DNA of 64,000 nucleotides. Source: an uncultured Campylobacterales bacterium. Lineage in GTDB: Bacteria; Campylobacterota; Campylobacteria; Campylobacterales; QNZT01. Position 1 is the first letter of the stretch, and each line of letters starts with the position of its first letter. Below, in pieces: positions 10,373 to 19,800 of this stretch. Below the pieces are notes generated by a model, which was given only the letters and a program-made list of their open reading frames with translations, was not told the origin of the DNA and made no database searches. The stretch is taken from the NCBI GenBank assembly GCA_964443745.1, contig CAYUEN010000002.1:46140-110139 (forward strand). Reading direction: 5' to 3'. Position numbers and translations under genes: made by a program.

Positions 10373-11185
10373 TCATTCGTGTGTTTCGTTGTTTTCCGGG
10401 GCAGTTTCACCTTTATCGTGGTTTTCTTCCACAGCTGCAGGTGCTTCCTCTTTCTCTTCGGTGGTCGTTGGAGCCTCTTTGGATTCAGGCTTTGTCTCGG
10501 CAGCAGGTTTCTCCTCGCTCTTTTCAGATTCTACCGCTTTTTCAGGTGCAGATTCCGTTTTGGGCGTTTCCTCCTTTGGTGTTTCTTCGACGGCCGGAGC
10601 GGGTTTTGTTTCCTCCTCTTTTGCCGGAGCGGTTTCCTGTTTCTGTGCTTTGAGATCTTCTATCTCGTCCTTGAGATCGAAGAGTTCGTCACTGAGTGCC
10701 TGGACTCTGGCGTTGTTGGCACCATGTTCGAAGACGAGCTCACCACCCTCTTTACCCTGATAGAGTGTTCCGGCGATGAAACCGATCAAAATCAGAATAT
10801 AAAGAAGTGTCGATTTCCACCCTTTCAAAGATATCGCGAAAATTTTGAAAAGAAGCAATACACCCGTTCCGTATACCAGATAGGTCCCGATCAACTTATG
10901 CTCTTTGAGGGTCTCTTTTCCCTCCGTCGTGAGAAGGTCGAGGGTGTTTTTCCCATCTACTTTTCCCGTTAGCCAGGCCGCGACGAAGATTACGATCGTC
11001 AGCGCCAGCAAAATGAAAGAAAATACGGAGATAGATTTTCTCCGGGTGAAGAGGTTGTAGATCTCCAATAGCAAAATGACGATTGGCAGCACGATGGCGA
11101 AGTGTACAACCGGGGAGTGAATCATCGTGGGGATATCGAATCCCAAGGGTGGTATCGGAAGATCCGGAATAGCAGGTAAAGTCAT
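10373..11185 (-). CDS. multi-pass membrane protein (DUF2231-like N-terminus) with coiled-coil and a P/E/K/T/A-rich tail
   Basis: About 4 hydrophobic helices in the first 150 aa. Then LSDELFDLKDEIEDLKAQ, followed by a ~100-aa low-complexity tail (EETKPAPAVEETPKEETPK...). Confidence 0.6.
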   Translation of the reverse strand: MTLPAIPDLPIPPLGFDIPTMIHSPVVHFAIVLPIVILLLEIYNLFTRRKSISVFSFILLALTIVIFVAAWLTGKVDGKNTLDLLTTEGKETLKEHKLIGTYLVYGTGVLLLFKIFAISLKGWKSTLLYILILIGFIAGTLYQGKEGGELVFEHGANNARVQALSDELFDLKDEIEDLKAQKQETAPAKEEETKPAPAVEETPKEETPKTESAPEKAVESEKSEEKPAAETKPESKEAPTTTEEKEEAPAAVEENHDKGETAPENNETHE

Positions 11186-11244
11186 GTCTTACTCCTTCTT
11201 AAATAAATCTGTCTTATATTATCCAAATTCGAGTTAACTTTCCG

Positions 11245-12225
11245 TTAATCACTTTGTCCGGAAAGAAGTTTCGCCGCCTCTTTGGCATGATAGGTGATGA
11301 TGATATCCGCTCCGGCACGTTTGAAACCCAGAAGCGTCTCCATCATGACGCGTTCGTAGTCGATCACGCCCGCCTTGTCCGCCGCCTTGAGCATCGCGTA
11401 CTCTCCACTGACGTTGTAGACGGCCAGCGGCAGCAAGGTACGTTCTCTGATATCTCGGATGATATCCAGATAGGCGAGGGCCGGTTTGACCATCAAAATA
11501 TCTGCCCCCTCCCGCTCGTCCTCGATCGATTCGTTGATCGCTTCTCTCCTGTTGGCGGGGTTCATCTGATAGCTGCGACGGTCTCCGAAGCTGGGAGCCG
11601 ATTCGGCTACGTCCCGAAACGGTCCGTAATAGGCGCTGGCGAATTTCGTGGAGTAGCTCATAATCGGCAGATTGATAAAACCCGCCCGATCCAGCGAGGT
11701 ACGGATAGCGGTGATCATCCCGTCCATCATTCCGCTGGGAGCGATCATATCGGCTCCGGCTTTTGCGTGTACGATCGCCTGTTCTCCCAGGATTTCGAGG
11801 GTGGCGTCGTTGTCGACGGTGTGGTGTGTGGGGTCGAGAATACCGCAATGGCCATGGTCGGTATATTCGCAAAAGCAGAGATCGGTGACGACGAACATCT
11901 CCGGATGGGCTTCCTTGATTGCACGGATCGCTTTGGCGATGATGCCGTGTTCGCAGAGCGCATCGCTTCCTATGCTGTCTTTGACGTCGGGAATTCCGAA
12001 GAGAATGATGGCATACAGCCCGAGCGATTTGAGCGTTTCGCACTCTTTGACCGCCTCGTCGATACTCATCTGGAAAACTCCCGGCATCGAGGAGATTTCG
12101 TTTTTGACGCCTTCGCCCTCCCGTATGAAAAGGGGGTAGATGAAGTCGTCCGTCGAAAGATGCGTTTGGGTGAGCATATCGCGGAGTTTAGGGTGCAATC
12201 TGGTACGGCGGAAGCGCTTAAACAT
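11245..12225 (-). CDS. hemB: porphobilinogen synthase (delta-aminolevulinate dehydratase)
   Basis: MFKRFRRTR start, HemB-like throughout, active-site region [11 protein letters not shown]. The start was chosen at the second Met (12225). Confidence 0.92.
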   Translation of the reverse strand: MFKRFRRTRLHPKLRDMLTQTHLSTDDFIYPLFIREGEGVKNEISSMPGVFQMSIDEAVKECETLKSLGLYAIILFGIPDVKDSIGSDALCEHGIIAKAIRAIKEAHPEMFVVTDLCFCEYTDHGHCGILDPTHHTVDNDATLEILGEQAIVHAKAGADMIAPSGMMDGMITAIRTSLDRAGFINLPIMSYSTKFASAYYGPFRDVAESAPSFGDRRSYQMNPANRREAINESIEDEREGADILMVKPALAYLDIIRDIRERTLLPLAVYNVSGEYAMLKAADKAGVIDYERVMMETLLGFKRAGADIIITYHAKEAAKLLSGQSD

Positions 12226-12352
12226 AGTTTTTCCTTCTTTTGGGTACAATCTTTAACCGATTGGCTAAGGTATGATTAAGCTTTTTATGGTTCGATCATA
12301 CCGTGACTATTTGAGTAATATTCTAACATAACTTCAGGAAATTTATTTAGAG

Positions 12353-12916
12353 ATGAAGATAGAGATTTCGGAAATCGCACAGCTTCCGACCGAATATGGT
12401 GAATTTTTGATACAGGCATTCAAAGAAGGGGAAAAGGAGCATCTGGTGATCTTCAAAGAACCCTTCGGCGATGCGCCGATCGTACGGGTACACAGCGAGT
12501 GCCTGACGGGGGATGCGTTGGGAAGTCTCAAATGCGATTGTGGGCCGCAATTGCACTTTGCACTGGAGACGATCGCGAAAGAGGGCGGATTGGTGCTCTA
12601 TCTCAGGCAGGAAGGCCGCAATATCGGACTTTTGAACAAAGTCAACGCCTATGCGCTCCAGGATCAGGGGCTCGATACCGTGGAGGCGAACCATCAGCTC
12701 GGATTTTCGGCGGATGAGCGGAGTTACGAGATGGTGGAGGAGGTGTTGCGTTATTTCAAGATAGAGAAGATCCGTCTTTTGACGAACAATCCGAAAAAGA
12801 TCGAATCACTCGAGGGGATCGAGATCGTCGAACGGATCCCGATCGTGGTCAGATCCAACAGATACAACGAAAAGTATCTGCGGACCAAGAAGAAGAAGAT
12901 GGGGCATCTCCTTTAA
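12353..12916 (+). CDS. ribA: GTP cyclohydrolase II (monofunctional)
   Basis: [24 protein letters not shown] zinc/active-site motif. 187 aa. Confidence 0.9.
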   Translation: MKIEISEIAQLPTEYGEFLIQAFKEGEKEHLVIFKEPFGDAPIVRVHSECLTGDALGSLKCDCGPQLHFALETIAKEGGLVLYLRQEGRNIGLLNKVNAYALQDQGLDTVEANHQLGFSADERSYEMVEEVLRYFKIEKIRLLTNNPKKIESLEGIEIVERIPIVVRSNRYNEKYLRTKKKKMGHLL

Positions 12917-12940
12917 AAAAAGAGATTGCATCCCGCCTTG

Positions 12941-14035
12941 TTATCGCTGTTCTTGTTTGATGGCCTGAATCAGGGTTTCGAATCCCTCTTTGCTCGATTT
13001 TTCGACACTTTTGAAGTACTCCAGACCCTTTTTCTGATCCGCCGTACTCTCTTTTGAAAAACATTCGACCGCGAGATTGAGCCCCTGATGGACATGGGCG
13101 TGTTCTTTGTTGATTTCGTTGATCGCTTTGGTGTTATTCTTGAACAGATCGCGGGAAACCTCCGTAAACCATCTGCCGAACCGGCAGCTGTTTTCGTCCG
13201 GCAGAGAGACTTTTTCGTGTTTGAGAGCGGCTTTGTATCCGTTGAGTTTGAGAAGAATATGGTCGATCTTGCCGTTGCTGACGTTGATTTCGTTGGTGAC
13301 GTTGCGGGTCTCTTCCGTGATTTGGGAAGAGTTGTTCTGTACATAGTCGACGTTGGTTCGGAACGTTTCGAGTACATGCATGATCTTTTCACTCTCTTCT
13401 CCGAATGTTTCGCTGATCTGAAGCATATTGTTGGAGTTTTGTTTCAAGCCGCTGATATTGATCTCCACTTCTTGTGTCGCCTTCTGGGTGCGTTCGGCAA
13501 GTTTGCGCACTTCGTCGGCTACGACCGCAAATCCCCGTCCGTGCTCGCCGGCACGTGCCGCTTCGATCGCGGCGTTGAGCGCAAGAAGATTGGTCTGGTC
13601 GGAGATATCTTTGATCAGGTTGATGATCTCGGCGATCGACATAACGGAGTTGTTGAGTGTCGCGGAGTCGTCACGGAGTTGTTCGGTATACTGCTGGATG
13701 TTCTCCACGGAGTTTTCGATCGTCGCCGTTTGGGATTCCACTTCGCCGATTCTTTCGGTCGTTTTGGAGTTGAGTTCGTTGATTTCTCCCAGCATGGAGA
13801 GATTCTCTTCGATCGTGTTTTGCAGAAATCGGACACCATCTTCATAACTTTCTATCAGTGTTTGTAACAACTCTTCCCGGATATCGTTCCTAATCTGAGC
13901 TTCGTGGTCGTGATGATTGGCAAGGGCACTTTCCAATTGTGCGACACGATCTCTCAGTTCACTGTTTTCAGCCCTGAGTCTTTCAATCTCTTCTTCTCTT
14001 CTATCCATAACGGCACTGTTGCTTTTTCCGAACAT
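12941..14035 (-). CDS. soluble methyl-accepting chemotaxis protein with C-terminal CZB (chemoreceptor zinc-binding) domain, TlpD-like
   Basis: No TM helix. MCP signalling hairpin [35 protein letters not shown]-terminal HILL-X21-CRFGRW-X22-HAHVH fits the CZB 3His/1Cys motif. Confidence 0.85.
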   Translation of the reverse strand: MFGKSNSAVMDRREEEIERLRAENSELRDRVAQLESALANHHDHEAQIRNDIREELLQTLIESYEDGVRFLQNTIEENLSMLGEINELNSKTTERIGEVESQTATIENSVENIQQYTEQLRDDSATLNNSVMSIAEIINLIKDISDQTNLLALNAAIEAARAGEHGRGFAVVADEVRKLAERTQKATQEVEINISGLKQNSNNMLQISETFGEESEKIMHVLETFRTNVDYVQNNSSQITEETRNVTNEINVSNGKIDHILLKLNGYKAALKHEKVSLPDENSCRFGRWFTEVSRDLFKNNTKAINEINKEHAHVHQGLNLAVECFSKESTADQKKGLEYFKSVEKSSKEGFETLIQAIKQEQR

Positions 14036-14221
14036 AAATATCTCCTTCTTCTTGATATGCGATTGTCTCTATATCGACCACTGGTGAAATTCGTTGAACC
14101 CACCTCTTTGACATTTTCCATTTTCCGAACGGATTTTATTGCGGCACTATTTTGAAAAAGGGGAGATTGGGTACGTTCGGCCAGTGTGTATACTTCGTCG
14201 CTCCGAAAATATTTTGAAGTG

Positions 14222-14230
14222 TGTTATAAT
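14222..14230 (+). promoter_or_regulatory. candidate extended -10 promoter element (TGtTATAAT) for rsmG
   Basis: TGTTATAAT ends 6 nt upstream of the rsmG ATG (14237). No Shine-Dalgarno sequence lies between them. Confidence 0.35.
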
Positions 14231-14236
14231 CAGCCG

Positions 14237-14764
14237 ATGGAACGATTTGACGAGTTTTGTAGACTTTTGTTAAAATACAATCGTACTCACCGTATCAGCG
14301 GAGTACGTGACAAAGCGGATATACAAGCCTATATCGAAGATGCGCTCTATCCGATTCCGTACGTGGGAGATTTTTCCACTTGCCTGGATATCGGTACGGG
14401 GGCGGGATTTCCCGGTATGGTGCTGGCGATCGCCTATCCGAAAGTGCGTTTTACGCTGGCTGAGCCGATCGCGAAACGGGCCGCTTTTTTGCACTTGGTC
14501 AAGGTGGCTTACGGATTGAAAAACGTCGATATCCAGACCAGAAGAGTCGAGGATATCTCGCCGTTTGGAGTGGATCTGATCACTTCGCGTGCTGTTACCA
14601 GGACCGATCAGCTCATAAAACTCGCTGCAGATTTCATTATGCCGAAAACACGGATATTGCTTTATAAAGGAAGCAGTGTTTTCGAGGAAGTGGATACGTC
14701 GATGTCGTATGAAATCATCGAAAAAGAGAAGCGCAACTATCTGATACTCAAAGGAGTGGGATGA
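14237..14764 (+). CDS. rsmG: 16S rRNA (guanine527-N7)-methyltransferase
   Basis: SAM-binding DIGTGAGFPG. GidB/RsmG-like length and N-terminus. The upstream in-frame extension was rejected. Confidence 0.85.
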   Translation: MERFDEFCRLLLKYNRTHRISGVRDKADIQAYIEDALYPIPYVGDFSTCLDIGTGAGFPGMVLAIAYPKVRFTLAEPIAKRAAFLHLVKVAYGLKNVDIQTRRVEDISPFGVDLITSRAVTRTDQLIKLAADFIMPKTRILLYKGSSVFEEVDTSMSYEIIEKEKRNYLILKGVG

Positions 14765-15006
14765 TCATCAAATTACTGGTTTTGGGCGGATTGATCTACG
14801 GGGTTTATCTGCTTTTTTTCAAAAACGGCGGTCTTTTGCAGCAGATGTCCGACAATACGGGCAAAAAGGTACGAAAAACAAAAGAGCGTGAAGAGAGTGA
14901 AACGGTCGTGGAGTGTAGCGGGTGCGGTGTCTATATTTCGACGAAAGAGGCGATTATCAAGGACGGTAAATACTACTGTTCGAAAAAGTGTGCGGGGCTT
15001 ACATGA
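14761..15006 (+). CDS. small membrane-anchored protein with C-terminal Cys4 zinc-ribbon (PP0621-like)
   Basis: One N-terminal TM helix, then CSGCGVYIS...YYCSKKC. ATGA overlap with the rsmG stop. Confidence 0.5.
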   Translation: MIIKLLVLGGLIYGVYLLFFKNGGLLQQMSDNTGKKVRKTKEREESETVVECSGCGVYISTKEAIIKDGKYYCSKKCAGLT

Positions 15007-15395
15007 TATTGATAGGCCATCCACAAATCGCTTACCGCCCCTTCTATTTTGTCAAACATATCGAAGAGATCGACAAGACACCGTCCGGAAGTACGGTCGT
15101 TTTCGCCTTTTCCGAAGAGGGGGCGTCTTTGGCGGAGCACTGCCGAAAAAACGGCGTGCGGTTTGCGATGATCGTCGATAGCTACAAAGAGGTGATTTTC
15201 GCCAATGCGCTGGGGAGCGCCTTTATCGTCGTCGACAGATCGCTGGCGAAGAAGGCGCAGACGTTTGCCAACGAATATCTGTGCGATGCGAAAATTCTGC
15301 TTTACGCGAGCGACGAGCGGGATTTGGAGTGGGCCGCGGAAGCGGGTATAGACGGAATGCTTTTCGAGGAGGGAATCGAATATGGAAGTGATTAA
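15003..15395 (+). CDS. hypothetical protein
   Basis: 130-aa ORF with an ATGA overlap to the upstream gene. It overlaps the htpX start by 14 nt. I recognised no motif. Confidence 0.45.
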   Translation: MILIGHPQIAYRPFYFVKHIEEIDKTPSGSTVVFAFSEEGASLAEHCRKNGVRFAMIVDSYKEVIFANALGSAFIVVDRSLAKKAQTFANEYLCDAKILLYASDERDLEWAAEAGIDGMLFEEGIEYGSD

Positions 15396-16224
15396 AACGG
15401 TTTTTTTACTTACCCTGCTGACACTGCTTTTTGTGTGGATCGGAGGGATGATCGGCGGAACGCAGGGGATGGTGATCGCTTTTTTGATAGCGATGGCGAT
15501 GAATTTCTTCAGCTATTTCAACTCCGACAAATTGGTGTTGCGCCACTACCATGCGGTGGAAGTGGACGAAACGCATGCTCCGGGTCTGTATGCGATCGTG
15601 CGCCGTCTCAGTGAGCGTGCGGGAGTACCGATGCCCAAAGTCTACATCATCCCCGACGAGGTACCCAACGCTTTTGCCACCGGTCGAAACCCCAGCCATG
15701 CCGCCGTCGCGGTGACGGAGGGGTTGTTGGATTTGCTGGACGAACACGAAATCGAGGGGGTTTTGGCACATGAAATGAGCCATGTCAAACACTACGACAT
15801 CCTGATCGGGACGATCGCGGCGACAATCGCCGGCGCCATCGCGATGCTGAGCAATTTCATGTATATGTTCGGAGGGGGGAGCGACGAAGAGCGTCCCAAC
15901 CCGATAGTGATGCTGATACTCATGATCGTATTGCCGATCGCGGCTTCGATCATCCAGATGGCGGTAAGTCGTAGCAGGGAGTATCAGGCGGACGAAGGAG
16001 CGGCACGTCTGACCCACCATCCCGAATGGCTGCAGTCAGCCCTCAGAAAACTCGAAAATTACGCCCATCGGGAAGTGATACACGATGCTACGCCCGAAAC
16101 GGCGCATCTGTTTATCGTCAACCCTTTCAGTGGGCATCGCATCTCTTTTCAGACTCTCTTTTCCACGCACCCCTCCACCGCAGACAGAATCGCCCGGCTG
16201 GAGGAGTTGAAAGGAAAAGTGTAA
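15382..16224 (+). CDS. htpX: zinc metalloprotease HtpX (M48)
   Basis: HEMSHVKH zinc motif, 4 TM segments, HtpX-like C-terminus [11 protein letters not shown]. Confidence 0.9.
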   Translation: MEVIKTVFLLTLLTLLFVWIGGMIGGTQGMVIAFLIAMAMNFFSYFNSDKLVLRHYHAVEVDETHAPGLYAIVRRLSERAGVPMPKVYIIPDEVPNAFATGRNPSHAAVAVTEGLLDLLDEHEIEGVLAHEMSHVKHYDILIGTIAATIAGAIAMLSNFMYMFGGGSDEERPNPIVMLILMIVLPIAASIIQMAVSRSREYQADEGAARLTHHPEWLQSALRKLENYAHREVIHDATPETAHLFIVNPFSGHRISFQTLFSTHPSTADRIARLEELKGKV

Positions 16225-16282
16225 CAATGGCTGCACATTTGTAGCGAAAACGAACGATTCGGGATTAAGCGCTCCGAAATCT

Positions 16283-16330
16283 GGCCGATACTTCTATGCG
16301 AAAAACCCGAAAAAATATAGAAGTACGGCC
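16283..16330 (+). promoter_or_regulatory. long imperfect hairpin abutting the start codon of the 159-aa ORF
   Basis: GGCCGATACTTCTAT - 19-nt A-rich loop - ATAGAAGTACGGCC (14 bp with one bulged A). The 3' arm ends 5 nt before the ATG at 16336. Confidence 0.35.
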
Positions 16331-16335
16331 AAAAG

Positions 16336-16815
16336 ATGCGACTCTCCACACTTGTCAGAATTTTTACGTTCCTTCTGATCACGTTTATCATAGTGGTCGG
16401 TATGTATTTGTATCGTACTATTTTCGTTATCCGAAATATCTCTGAAAATCAAAAAATTGCAACATCTTCTGCTTCTTTGGAAGTTCCTGTCGAGATCTCC
16501 TCATTGGAAAAAGCGATAAATCAACGAGACGGACAGATCGTACATATCAATCTGGATCGAAAAGTGAGCGAGAAGATCGCTTCCGGAAAGATCGCCGGAA
16601 GAGAGATCGTATTGAAAGAGTTTACGTCCGACGACTCATCGCCCGGTATCAAATATCTTCTACGGGTTCCGGAGGTTGCGTCGGGTCTGTTTAAAAAAAC
16701 CGGAACGGACGGTCGCCTGAATGCCGATTTTAAAATTTTCAAATATATCGGTCCCGACGGCAGACGAATCGTGAGATTCGTACCAATCAATCCAAAATTA
16801 TTAAAAAGAGAATAA
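16336..16815 (+). CDS. hypothetical membrane-anchored protein, partner of the giant protein
   Basis: One N-terminal TM helix (IFTFLLITFIIVVGMYLY), then a ~125-aa soluble part. Its stop (TAA) overlaps the giant gene's start as TAATG. Confidence 0.55.
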   Translation: MRLSTLVRIFTFLLITFIIVVGMYLYRTIFVIRNISENQKIATSSASLEVPVEISSLEKAINQRDGQIVHINLDRKVSEKIASGKIAGREIVLKEFTSDDSSPGIKYLLRVPEVASGLFKKTGTDGRLNADFKIFKYIGPDGRRIVRFVPINPKLLKRE

Positions 16816-19800
16816 TGCGACGACTCTATTCATTATTGGTTTTCACCTTTTTTGCTTTATCGTTTCCCCTTCAAGCTGCGGATTGTCAGAATCCCACCGC
16901 CACACTTTCGTTGAACGGAATTCTCGATTCGCAAAGAATCCAGTATCCTTTTGTCGAGGGATTGGGGGGCGGAGAGGCGCTTTATTACAAGATTACACTC
17001 TCTTCCGAGGGACGATTGAGATTGCAAACCGATCGTGACAGGGTCCATAGTGATGATACGGTTAATACATACGGTCAATTGTTGGATGAAAACTGTCAGG
17101 AAATTTACGAAGACACCCAGGTGCAGGAGACACCCAGGTATTTCGAAATCGATCGCACGCTTGAAGCCGGCACCTATTTTCTGAAAGTCTACAACAAAGT
17201 CAAACTGGATGACAGCAGCTCTTCTTTGGCCAAAGGATATTTTCAGGTTGAAAGTGATTTTACCGCTTCCTTGCCGGAGAAGTCGATTGATTTTTGGAGA
17301 ACGAGTCCTACGACCATCTCCTCGGGAGAGGAGATCGTATATACGCTTCACATCAAAAACAGCGGTAGTGAAACAACCAACGGGATCCGTATCGAAGATC
17401 CCTTTCCGACGCCTCAGTATCTAAATTTCGTATCACCCGTAGACGCTTCCGAGTGGAGTTGTCAAACCGAATCCGACAGAGTGGTTTGTGATCTGACGTC
17501 GGGAGAGATCGCTTCCGGCGAAACCATCGAATTGAAGCTCAAATACAGAGCCGATTACGATACCGAAGACAGAACGGTCCAAAATACCACTCGAATGACC
17601 GCAACCTATGCCGACGGATCCGAAATTCAAAAGAACAATACGCGTACCATCCTGATCAAAAAGGTCTATCCCTCCGTCGACATAAGTATCGAGACTACAC
17701 TTCCCGGCAGCGGCACGACTATTTCCAGTATCGTTCAAAACGACAGTTTCGATTATAGAATCGAAGTGACCAACACCGGAAGCATCGATGATGAAAATTT
17801 GACGTTGAGCGATCTGGTGCCCGATAGTTACGAGGTGGAAAGCGTAAATTACGACAGCTCGGTATGGGATTGCGGAGTAAGTTCCGGTCAGCAGATCAAT
17901 TGTCGCCTGCTGTCTCCACTGGAGCCTTCTCAAAAGAGAGAGATTCGTATCCGTGCCAAAGCCGTCGGGGAGAGCGGAGAGCAAAATGACGCGACGACCA
18001 TCGCCGATACGATTGTGGGAGAGGTGAACGATGCCGATTCGATTACGCTCAATATCGAACCCGCCTACTATGTGATCGCCATTCAAAAGAGTGCGGATCG
18101 CTCCACGGTCGTTAAAGGTCATTCGCTTCGTTATCGTATCGAAGTAACCAACGGCGGAAACAGCGAATTGAACGGAGTGAGGGTAACGGATATATTTCCG
18201 CCGGAGCTTGCTCCGCAGGAGATCGAAGGAGATCAGGAGTGGGATTGTTCGGCATCCGATTTGGGTGCGCGAAAAATCGATTGTACCCTCAATTCGCCTC
18301 TGAATCAAAACCAGAAAGCGGATTTTACGGTTGTTGCCGTTGCCGAAAAAGTGGCTCAAAACGTCGAAAACGAAGCAAAGGTCGAATGCGACGAAGCACC
18401 CGATGCCACTTCGGTCGCGACCGTGGAAATCGTCTCACCCGAACCTTCGATCCGTTTGACCAAAAGTGCCCCTTCCCCCGTCGATCCTCTGGAGAGTTTC
18501 TACTTCTCTTTTCGGGTCGAAAACAACGGAACGGAGAGCTTAAATGCCGTCACCCTTTCCGATACGGTCGATTCCAGATGGATCATTCCGGACGATTGGA
18601 ACGATCGCGTGCCCACCTCTTGGAGTTGCCAAAGAAACGACCGTTCTTTCGAATGTACTTGCAATGAAACCGTTCTTCCTGGAAATGAGGCGCAGGTGTT
18701 AATGTTGAAGATGAAAGCACCTTACACGGAAAGTGCGATAACCATTGCTAATACCGCCGTGACAAGAGGCTCCAGCGATGCCGGGAATGTTGAAAACCAA
18801 GATGCCGCCTCCGTGAATGTCCGTCCGGTTCAAATCGGTTTGGCATTTGTAAAGATTAGCGACAAATCGAGTGTTAAACACCCCGAGACGTTCAATTACA
18901 CTCTTACCGTATTTAACGAAGGAAACGTGGCGGAAAACAACGTAACGATCTCCGATACGTTGCCCGAAATTTTCGGGGATAAGTTTACCGTGAAAAAGGG
19001 AGCGTTCGATTGTACGGTGGGTGAGGGAAGAGAGATAAATTGCCGGCTTGATCGTCTCGATCCGCATATGCAGGCGTCTTTCGAGATCGAAGTGGAAGCT
19101 CCTTTGGTCACTGCGAACGAGGTCGTGACCAATTACGCCGAAACGGAGGGAGTGGTCGTAATTCCGGACGCTCCGGACAAAACCGTCGAAAACAACTCCT
19201 CGGTCGATGTAACGATTTTGCCGCCCGATTCCGATTTGCGAATCTCCAAAAGTTCAAGCAGCGTAAAGATTCTTGACGGTGAAGATTTCAACTATACGAT
19301 AACGGTCAAAAACGAAGGACTTGCTGCGGAATACAATTTGAGCGTCGTCGACGAAATACCTTCGGATTTGAAAATTTTACAAATTTCGGCTTCGGGGTGG
19401 AGTTGTAATCGAAGTGATCAGACCGTGGAGTGTAGACTTTCGGAGCTTGACAGTGCGAAACAGGCGAGCGATATCGTCATAAGCGTCGAAGCTCCGTCAA
19501 AAATCGTTGCGGATAAGTCGGTTCGAAATAGTGCGATCGTCACCTCTTCGAGAGAGACGAAAGGCCGGCAGGCTTCCGCGACTGTCGCGTTGGTTTCCGC
19601 ATCCAGCGCTCTAGAGATGAACTTATTGAGCGATCCGGTCGAGTTGTTTACGAAAGAGGCGTATCGCTACAGAATACTCCTTTCCAACAATAGCGACGAC
19701 GATATCGGTACGATTCATATTCAAACCCGTCTGCCCGATGAGGTGGATTACCGCGGGTACGAGTCGGATGAGTTCGGCTGTAGCATTTCCGACCGCCTTG

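Noticed and set aside
12226-12352. A possible FMN riboswitch upstream of ribA (the region upstream of ribE at 38931-38995 was also checked).
   Set aside because: The spacers are too short and lack the conserved FMN-element core. Only an 8-bp inverted repeat is present (GGTATGAT...ATCATACC, 12269-12302), which may simply be an operator or hairpin in the hemB/ribA divergent promoter region.
16815-16880. The giant protein as a lipoprotein (a Cys lies close to the signal-peptide end).
   Set aside because: The sequence around the cleavage site is PLQA-ADC. The Cys is at +3 and the L-(A/S)-(G/A)-C lipobox is not satisfied, so signal peptidase I cleavage is more likely.
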